From an uncultured Verrucomicrobiae bacterium (lineage in GTDB: Bacteria > Verrucomicrobiota > Verrucomicrobiia > Limisphaerales > Palsa-1400): a stretch of DNA of 64,000 nucleotides. The notes beneath the pieces were generated by a model that made no database searches, was not told where the DNA came from, and was given only the letters and a program-made list of their open reading frames with translations. The stretch's first letter is position 1. The number at the start of each line of letters is the position of its first letter. Location: the NCBI GenBank assembly GCA_963702845.1, contig OY969763.1:1696001-1760000 (forward strand). Reading direction: 5' to 3'. Of the stretch, positions 30,249 to 36,452 are shown piece by piece. The position numbers and the translations under genes are program-made.

Positions 30249-30360
30249 GTTTTTGAGGTTCAAGGTTCAAACTTCCGGCGCTTCGTGTGGATAACGCAGC
30301 GCAGATGACAGGCGCGCAACTGACTTTGTCTTTAAGCAGCGTTGGAATTACCAAGAGCGG

Positions 30361-30457
30361 ACGCGAACGCTCAGCTCGCCGATGGCGGCCCCTGCTCGGC
30401 GCCCGATTTGTCGGACGGCGCCGTTGGGCAGCCACCCGGTGAAGCACCGGCTTCGAC
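30361..30457 (-). repeat. attC site (degenerate R'')
   Basis: GTCGAAG..CTTCACCG...GGGCCGCCATCGGCGAGCTGAGC-GTTCGCG. Confidence 0.6.
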
Positions 30458-30811
30458 ATCCTGTGAGGAAATTACACGTGGGGTGAAGGGCTTCCTCACC
30501 CACAACTCTCGCTCGGTAAAGGTAAACCTGTACTCAACCTTATCTCTGTCAACAATGCGCAGCCAGTTGTGGCCTGTCCGGCCCGTTGAGGGCATGTGGG
30601 AGACGAATCTGATCGACTCACCATCGTAGCCAACGTCGTAGATTATGAACTGCTCCCCATCGAAGGGGTCAATTCCCGTGACACGAAACTGTCCATCGGC
30701 GACTGAAATCGTGTATTCGGTGCGGGGATAATCGCAGGAATCGTCTGGGCACATGGCAACCCACGTCCCACAAAGCGGATGATCGGGCGTAACTGGATAA
30801 ACGTATGACAT
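30371..30811 (-). CDS. Cassette-borne hypothetical protein
   Basis: Between two attC sites; reads into its own attC. Confidence 0.65.
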   Translation of the reverse strand: MSYVYPVTPDHPLCGTWVAMCPDDSCDYPRTEYTISVADGQFRVTGIDPFDGEQFIIYDVGYDGESIRFVSHMPSTGRTGHNWLRIVDRDKVEYRFTFTERELWVRKPFTPRVISSQDVEAGASPGGCPTAPSDKSGAEQGPPSAS

Positions 30812-30819
30812 GGGACTAT

Positions 30820-30918
30820 GCCGAACGCTGGAACTCACACACGTCGGACCAAACGACGCTGACCGCGAAGCGGAACTGAGAGTGCCATCCGGCGTTGTGT
30901 GCAGTGATTTTGTTAGAC
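30820..30918 (-). repeat. attC site
   Basis: GTCTAAC-AAAAT-CACTGCACACAACG...CGTGTGTGAGT-TCCAGC-GTTCGGC. Confidence 0.85.
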
Positions 30919-31119
30919 ATCGTTTTTCTTTCGTCCAAGCAGTGCATGAACAATGGTGAAAATTATCCAGGCACACGCAATAGTAATGGCTGGTCCGTAA
31001 AACATTTCGGATGTCGAAAGGCCATTAACCAAATCCAGAGAGCGCAACAGTGCGAGCATCCCGACGCCAACAGCGTAAAGAACAAGCGAAAGCGGTAAAG
31101 CGATCTTCAAAAGTTTCAT
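30913..31119 (-). CDS. Cassette-borne two-TM protein
   Basis: Stop codon within R''. Confidence 0.65.
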   Translation of the reverse strand: MKLLKIALPLSLVLYAVGVGMLALLRSLDLVNGLSTSEMFYGPAITIACAWIIFTIVHALLGRKKNDV

Positions 31120-31134
31120 ACGCTCACGAGGGCT

Positions 31135-31305
31135 AACAATGATTATGCGACGGGGTGTCGCGGTAATTTTGATATACGAACGGTTGGTTCATATTGGTTG
31201 AGCAGACTATTGTTCTGCTTCCGCTGCGAATCAAGCGTAACAGAACGCGCTCGCGAGCACGGCGACGACATGCCGGAGATCCGCGATTGGAAGTGGAGCG
31301 GGTAG
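31135..31305 (-). repeat. attI-like module family A, copy 7 (short xfp tail)
   Basis: Core, promoter-like segment and xfp fragment. Confidence 0.8.
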
Positions 31306-31399
31306 CTCCACACGAACAAGGCGCAATCTATCAATTTAGCTCGGGAGGTTTCACACAGGCTCGCGACTTGTTAGGCGTCAAAGCACCAGACATAAGTTC

Positions 31400-31849
31400 T
31401 TACTCATCTACACAGCGAACTGCTTCAACGACCTCTATTCGGAAACAGCGAAATGACATCCTTACACCCGCACCTGGCTCAAAACTCACAATAAGATATG
31501 GAGGCAATCTCTCACCGTTTGTGAACGTGCCGCGCTCTTGAGTGTTGATGGACAACTCAACTATCTGGTTGATGTGGTCAAAGCGATCCATCTTAAAATC
31601 ATCTACATCGTGAAAGCGCAATGTGACCAGAACATCGTGGCCAGAATGTGTAGCTCCTCGTTGCGTGGCTCCCAATACTCGAAGCTTCGCTGTCACGACA
31701 GGAAAGACATTGCGGTCATCCCAATCGCCCGGCTTCACGTCGCCGCGCCACAAGTGCAAGTCAAAAATCTCCGCATCATGGAATGACGGCCATTCGCCAA
31801 AAAACGCCGTCAGCTTTTGGCTATCTTGAACAACTGATTGGACGTGCAT
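31400..31849 (-). CDS. Cassette-borne Imm50-like immunity protein
   Basis: FFGEWPSFHDAEI...VTLRFHDV...FDHINQI. Confidence 0.7.
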   Translation of the reverse strand: MHVQSVVQDSQKLTAFFGEWPSFHDAEIFDLHLWRGDVKPGDWDDRNVFPVVTAKLRVLGATQRGATHSGHDVLVTLRFHDVDDFKMDRFDHINQIVELSINTQERGTFTNGERLPPYLIVSFEPGAGVRMSFRCFRIEVVEAVRCVDE

Positions 31850-31858
31850 GGGATTGGT

Positions 31859-31951
31859 GCTTAACAACTCAGCTCAGCGGCGGCGGGCCACTGACTCGAG
31901 GATTGTAAACGCAGCGTCCTCCCGCCGTCGGCTGGGGCGCTCTGGTTAGGC
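31859..31951 (-). repeat. attC site
   Basis: GCCTAAC-CAGAG-CGCCCCAGCCGACGGCGGG...CCCGCCGCCGCTGAGC-TGAGTT-GTTAAGC. Confidence 0.88.
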
Positions 31952-32209
31952 TGCGGTGGTCGTATGTTTTTCATCTGATGTCTTCTGTCTCTTTCTGCGC
32001 ACCAGGTAATGAATCAGAAAGCAAGTTGCTGACAAAATAATCACAATCAAGCCGTAACCAAGTGAACCGAGCATGGTGCGAAATGCAACAAATCCTGCCG
32101 TTTCGCTGTCAGCGTGAGGCGAGAAGTCAAAAAACGCGCGAAAGCGAGTGATTGCATGAGTGATAATCACCGCAGACAAAACCAACAGACTGAAAGCTAA
32201 AGTTTTCAT
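31946..32209 (-). CDS. Cassette-borne two-TM protein
   Basis: GTTAGGC start matches R'' GCCTAAC exactly. Confidence 0.7.
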   Translation of the reverse strand: MKTLAFSLLVLSAVIITHAITRFRAFFDFSPHADSETAGFVAFRTMLGSLGYGLIVIILSATCFLIHYLVRRKRQKTSDEKHTTTAA

Positions 32210-32296
32210 GCGCTCGGTGCAGCCTAACTATGATTATGCGACTGGGTGTCGCGGTGATTTTGATATACGAACGGTTGGTTCATATTGGTTGAGCAG

Positions 32297-32325
32297 ACTA
32301 TTGTTCTGCTGCCGCTGCGAATCAA
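32297..32325 (-). promoter_or_regulatory. Pc-like sigma70 promoter candidate (also in copies 5-7, 9, 10)
   Basis: TTGATT-N17-AATAGT pointing into the cassette. Confidence 0.55.
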
Positions 32326-32338
32326 GCGCAACAAAACG

Positions 32339-32497
32339 GATCTCTTCGCCGACGTGATCGACCGCCTGCCGCAACTGGGCGCGCGGGCCGCCTACGCCAA
32401 ACAGGCCATCCAAAACAAACTCATGAAACACAAACATTACATCCGCGAGCACGGCGACGACATGCCGGAGATCCGCGATTGGAAGTGGAGCGCGTAG
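32339..32497 (+). pseudogene. xfp: 3' fragment of phosphoketolase gene
   Basis: ADVIDRLPQLGARAAYAKQAIQNKLMKHKHYIREHGDDMPEIRDWKW* resembles the XFP C-terminus. Confidence 0.8.
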
Positions 32498-32514
32498 GGA
32501 AAGTGCGAAGCAGC

Positions 32515-32606
32515 GTCTAACGATCCAAGCTTAGCGACCCGGCCCACGGGACGCGTGGATGGCAACCGGAGCGCACCGGACGGGTTCGCTGCGTGCATGG
32601 TTAGGC
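32515..32606 (-). repeat. attC site
   Basis: GCCTAAC-CATGC-ACGCAGCGAACCCG...CGGGTCGCTAAGC-TTGGATC-GTTAGAC. Confidence 0.8.
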
Positions 32607-32867
32607 CGCGTCCTCTTCAAGCTCCTGAATAAATCTCCGCATTACCTGCACGCCACCGTCGCCACAGTAATTGCCCGGTTGTTCAGGCGGAAATTCAGCG
32701 TCGAGCAAGTCACACCGCTCGCGGATTGCTTCCAAGCGCGGGTCATCGAAAGTGTCATGAACAAAACTATCCCACTCCCACGGGGCTCCTGTGCCGTCCA
32801 AGAATCGCACCAAAACGCCGCGAACATCTTTGGCTGTCTTCTTCCGGCGATGACCGAATAGTTTCAT
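32601..32867 (-). CDS. Cassette-borne small acidic protein (CdiI-like, tentative)
   Basis: FLDGTGAPWEWDSFV...DPRLEAIRERC. Confidence 0.65.
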   Translation of the reverse strand: MKLFGHRRKKTAKDVRGVLVRFLDGTGAPWEWDSFVHDTFDDPRLEAIRERCDLLDAEFPPEQPGNYCGDGGVQVMRRFIQELEEDAA

Positions 32868-32883
32868 GGCGTGTGCACGGCCT

Positions 32884-33134
32884 AGCTTTGATTATGCGAC
32901 GGGGTGTCGCGGTCATTTTGAAATACGAACGGTTGGTTCATATTGGTTGAGGAGACTATTGTTCTGCTGCCGCTGCGAATCAAGCGCAACTGGGCGCGCG
33001 GGCCGCCTACGCCAAACAGGCCATCCAAAACAAACTCACGGAACACAAACATTACATCCGCGAGCACGGCGACGACATGCCGGAGATCCGTGATTGGAAA
33101 TGGAGCGCGTAGGGAAAGTGCGAAGCAGTCTAAC
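32884..33134 (-). repeat. attI-like module family A, copy 9 (medium xfp tail; core GCT)
   Basis: Same GTTAGAC boundary as copy 8. Confidence 0.8.
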
Positions 33135-33153
33135 GCGGCGTCGTCCCACCGTC

Positions 33154-34810
33154 AGATGTCATGAAGGGTTGAGTCGCAGCCCCACACGGGGTCACGATGT
33201 TTTTGAAAATGAAAACATATTTACTCAAACCCCACATGACAGTCCCAACCCTAACCAGCGTGCCTGCCGCGGGCAAGCTGGCAAACGTGCCGCCGCGCCA
33301 GCCTTTGCCACGTCCTGTGCTGCTTGCCGGCAAACCGGCTCTCAAGCTTGGCCTGGACGTGCATCTGGAGTTCATCATGGCGGTAGCCCAACGTGATCAC
33401 GCTTCACCCCAAGCGCCACGCAAATTCAGCCGTGAGCAACTCATCGCCCAGGTTCAGAAGTGGACCAGCGAAGGCCTGCAAGTTTTCTGCGTGCAGGAAA
33501 GCTGTGGGTTCGGCTTCGTGCTCCATCGCGAACTGGTCGCCGCCGGTGCGCAAAGTTTTTTGATCACGCCGATTGCCCTCAACGGCCAGCGCAAGACCGA
33601 CAAGCTGGACGCGCGCGCTCTTTGCCTGCGCCTCTCTCGCTGGGTTGATGGCAACATCAACGAACTTGCACCCATCCGCATTCCTTCGGACAAAGAGCAG
33701 CGCCAGCGCGAAGGCACGCGACGAAGACAGTTCCTCAACAAAGCCATTCGCATGCTCGCCAATCGCGGTCACGGCCAAGCCGCCGAATACAGCCACGTCA
33801 AACTGCCCCATCGCTGGTGGGGAGCGCGCAACTGGAAAAAACTTTCCACCCTCGATCCGTGGCTGCTCAGTGTTCTCGAAAAGCTCCGCGAGGTCCTCGT
33901 CGCCATGGAGACACAACGGCAGGAACTGGAAGAGGAACTGATTGCGCGGGTCAAAGAACAACCACGGCCCAAGGGCCTTGGCGAGATCACTCTTGTGACA
34001 CTGGAAGGCGAAGTGTGCGACTGGCAGCGCTTCCACAATCGCAAACAGATTGGCAGCTACACCGGATGTTGCCCGGGCGAACACAGTTCAGGAGGCAAAC
34101 GGCGCGTCGGCAGCATCGATCGCATGGGCAACGGACGAGTCAGAGCGATCCTGGTGGAAGCGGTCTGGCGTTTTCTGATGTGGCAACCGGGGTGGAAGGC
34201 CGCACTTAAAATGAAAACCAAACTTGCCGCCGGCACGGCCATGAAGAAGAAAACTGTCATTGCCCTTGCCCGGCAACTGGCCGTGGACCTCTGGCGCTGG
34301 CGAACCGGCCGTTGCACCATGGCAGACCTCGGCTGGGTCGGCGTGTGAACCACATTTAATTTTTTCGTGAGTAGAACCTCCAGAGTTAAGAGCGTGAAAC
34401 AATTTGCGATCGGGCGAGTCCAGTCCGTAGCTTCAGCTGGTGAACCTTGCGTTCATCCGTCCGTTAGAAGGGGCGGACTCCCCGGTCGCCGCAGTCAGGC
34501 AAGTAAGACACAGTGGGCGTTGAGTCTTATCTCAACTGTCCGGATAGGAGCTGGTGCGGGACAAACTCCCGACACACAAAACGCGGCGACACCGATGCAG
34601 CAAACTTCACGCAACCTGCTTTGAGAGAAATAAGAAAGGAACTTTGAAGAGGAACAGATAAGCGGAGACTCGAGAAGAACAACAGGTGCGGATTGAACCA
34701 ATGTCCAACCGCCTGCCGCGCGCGACTGCGCTTCGTTCCACTGCGCTCCGCGCGATCAACCCCAAAAAAACTATCATCGACGCACACTACGTATTGACAA
34801 ACCTCATAGG
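33154..34810 (+). mobile_element. IS110-family, IS1111-type insertion sequence inserted in an attC
   Basis: Flanks rejoin to CCCACCGTC|CGCTGGAGCGCTCTGGTTAG; imperfect subterminal IRs 7 and 3 bp from the ends; about 460-bp noncoding right end. Confidence 0.85.
33197..34348 (+). CDS. IS110-family DEDD transposase/recombinase
   Basis: LGLDVH; QESCGFG; KTDKLDA; GCCPGEHSSGG; ALARQL. Confidence 0.93.
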   Translation: MFLKMKTYLLKPHMTVPTLTSVPAAGKLANVPPRQPLPRPVLLAGKPALKLGLDVHLEFIMAVAQRDHASPQAPRKFSREQLIAQVQKWTSEGLQVFCVQESCGFGFVLHRELVAAGAQSFLITPIALNGQRKTDKLDARALCLRLSRWVDGNINELAPIRIPSDKEQRQREGTRRRQFLNKAIRMLANRGHGQAAEYSHVKLPHRWWGARNWKKLSTLDPWLLSVLEKLREVLVAMETQRQELEEELIARVKEQPRPKGLGEITLVTLEGEVCDWQRFHNRKQIGSYTGCCPGEHSSGGKRRVGSIDRMGNGRVRAILVEAVWRFLMWQPGWKAALKMKTKLAAGTAMKKKTVIALARQLAVDLWRWRTGRCTMADLGWVGV

Positions 34811-34826
34811 CGCTGGAGCGCTCTGG

Positions 34827-35165
34827 TTAGTTTTCATCATCTGGATACTGCTTTTGCAAAAAGCAGCAGGTCAGTTGAGCAAGTACAACAGTAATACCTG
34901 CATATACCCAGCCAAATATCACCAGAGCAAAAACCGCCGGGCCTTCGGGGACCCATGACCAAACCTCGCGGGCCAGGTTGCGACTGAATGCAGCGCAAAT
35001 AAGGGGGATGCCGAGAGACCAGAGAGCAAATGTCACAATCAGAAGACCCCAACACAGAAAAAAGGCCCACTTTACAGAACCGCCACGAACGATACGCCGG
35101 AACGGGATTATGCCAGCGATGATGGCTGGTGCGTAAGCGAAAATGATCTGAGCAACAGTCTTCAT
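34827..35165 (-). CDS. Cassette-borne three-TM protein
   Basis: Stop within R'' AACTAAC; cassette start ATTAGTT. Confidence 0.7.
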   Translation of the reverse strand: MKTVAQIIFAYAPAIIAGIIPFRRIVRGGSVKWAFFLCWGLLIVTFALWSLGIPLICAAFSRNLAREVWSWVPEGPAVFALVIFGWVYAGITVVLAQLTCCFLQKQYPDDEN

Positions 35166-35179
35166 CAGCTACGACAACT

Positions 35180-35408
35180 AATAATGATTATGCGACGGGG
35201 TGTCGCGGTCATTTTGATATACGAACGGTTGGTTCATATTGGTTGAGGAGACTATTGTTCTGCTGCCGCTGCGAATCAAGCGCAACTGGGCGCGCGGGCC
35301 GCCTACGCCAAACAGGCCATCCAAAACAAACTCATGGAACACAAACATTACATCCGCGAGCACGGCGACGACATGCCGGAGATCCGCGATTGGAAGTGGA
35401 GTGCATAG
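35180..35408 (-). repeat. attI-like module family A, copy 10 (medium xfp tail; core ATT)
   Basis: Near-identical to copy 9. Confidence 0.8.
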
Positions 35409-35807
35409 CGCAGGTTTGTATGCGCGGGCATCATCGAGAGCAGAGGCAGGTGACGGGAACCAACGGCCAAAACTGGTTAGCGGAACAGGTACCGACAGAG
35501 GTTGATTACCCATCGGTTTCTTGGACCCGGATGACGTTCAAGACGCCACGGGTCGAAGGCACGCTCGATATTGTTTCAGCGAGAGCTCACGTGTTGATTC
35601 ATTAGCGATGCAGAATCAAAGTTCAACGACCTCAGTCGCGGGCGGAAAATGTGGCGGGTTCAAAAAAGCACGGGTGGGCATTCCGGAATCGGTATCCGGA
35701 GCTTGGGCGCGACGTGTCCTTCCTTCGTTCGTTTGTACAGATCCCTCCGTTCAATTGCACAGCGGCTCCGTACCTGTTGTACGGCGGCTCTGTAAGATAT
35801 CCCTACC

Positions 35808-36095
35808 TTATGTTCTCTTAAGGAATGAAACCTGATTCGCCTTCGCGATGTCGCCGGTTCGGAGTCGTGTAATCAACTTCGTCATTTCTGAATCTTGAAG
35901 CTCGCGGTATCCGGGGTCCTTATCTCTGATCTCCTCGTCGGCAATGTAATGATGCAAGTCGGCAAACAGATCCTTAAGTTCAGGCATCTTTAACGCCGCG
36001 AGATTATGGATCTCATCGCAAGCATCCTGACCTCCAATCTCGCCTTTCTGTAACCGGGATAGGAAGAGGCAAAGTTGTTCTATCTCGTGATTCAT
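35808..36095 (-). CDS. Small acidic protein (immunity-like, tentative)
   Basis: LHHYIADEEIRDKDPGYRELQ; family-2 module upstream. Confidence 0.6.
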   Translation of the reverse strand: MNHEIEQLCLFLSRLQKGEIGGQDACDEIHNLAALKMPELKDLFADLHHYIADEEIRDKDPGYRELQDSEMTKLITRLRTGDIAKANQVSFLKRT

Positions 36096-36106
36096 CGTTT
36101 ATACCC

Positions 36107-36157
36107 AGCAATTAATCTGCGCCAACAGTTCGCATATTTTTAATCGGCGAACAAGGG
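36107..36157 (-). repeat. attI-like module family 2
   Basis: CCTTGTTCGCCGATTAAAAATATGCGAACTGTTGGCGCAGATTAATT-GCT. Confidence 0.6.
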
Positions 36158-36452
36158 TTTTAGCGCAGGTTTGGTGGCACTTGCTGAAGATGGTTGCTAA
36201 CTCCTTCGTCGCGCCTTAGGCAAAGTGAATCTGCGATTGAGGCGGGTTACCCAGGGTAGAGCCCCGCATCCCTCCTCAACACCTGGGCTGGATGGTTCAA
36301 CCCGCTTTGGGGTTGTCTGAAACCCTGTCAAAACTTTTTTTCGCCAAAAATTTTCGCGTTGGTTCGCGAAGAGTGTACGGAGATTCGCGTTGGTTCGTGT
36401 CGTCTAGTGGCCTTCAAAAGCTTTCTGAAAAACGTGTGCTACAAATGCGCAC

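Larger units (their letters stand above)
32226..32521 (-). repeat. attI-like module family A, copy 8 (longest xfp tail)
   Basis: Core 32226-32283, promoter, xfp fragment, boundary GTTAGAC. Confidence 0.85.

Noticed and set aside
32226..32243. dif/pdif site (CGCATAAT resembles a XerC arm)
   Set aside because: No TTATGTTAAAT-like XerD arm; bases after GTT vary and complement the distal R'' boxes, which fits integron recombination
32266..32286. LexA box in GAAC-N5-GTTC
   Set aside because: Spacing and orientation match neither GAAC-N4-GTTC nor TGTTC-N4-GAACA
32285..32497. Functional 70-aa protein
   Set aside because: Chimera of antisense promoter sequence and the xfp tail; frame not kept in the other copies
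26916..35408. CRISPR array interpretation of the recurring repeat
   Set aside because: Intervals are gene-sized and irregular, the unit is 58-300 bp, and there is no cas operon
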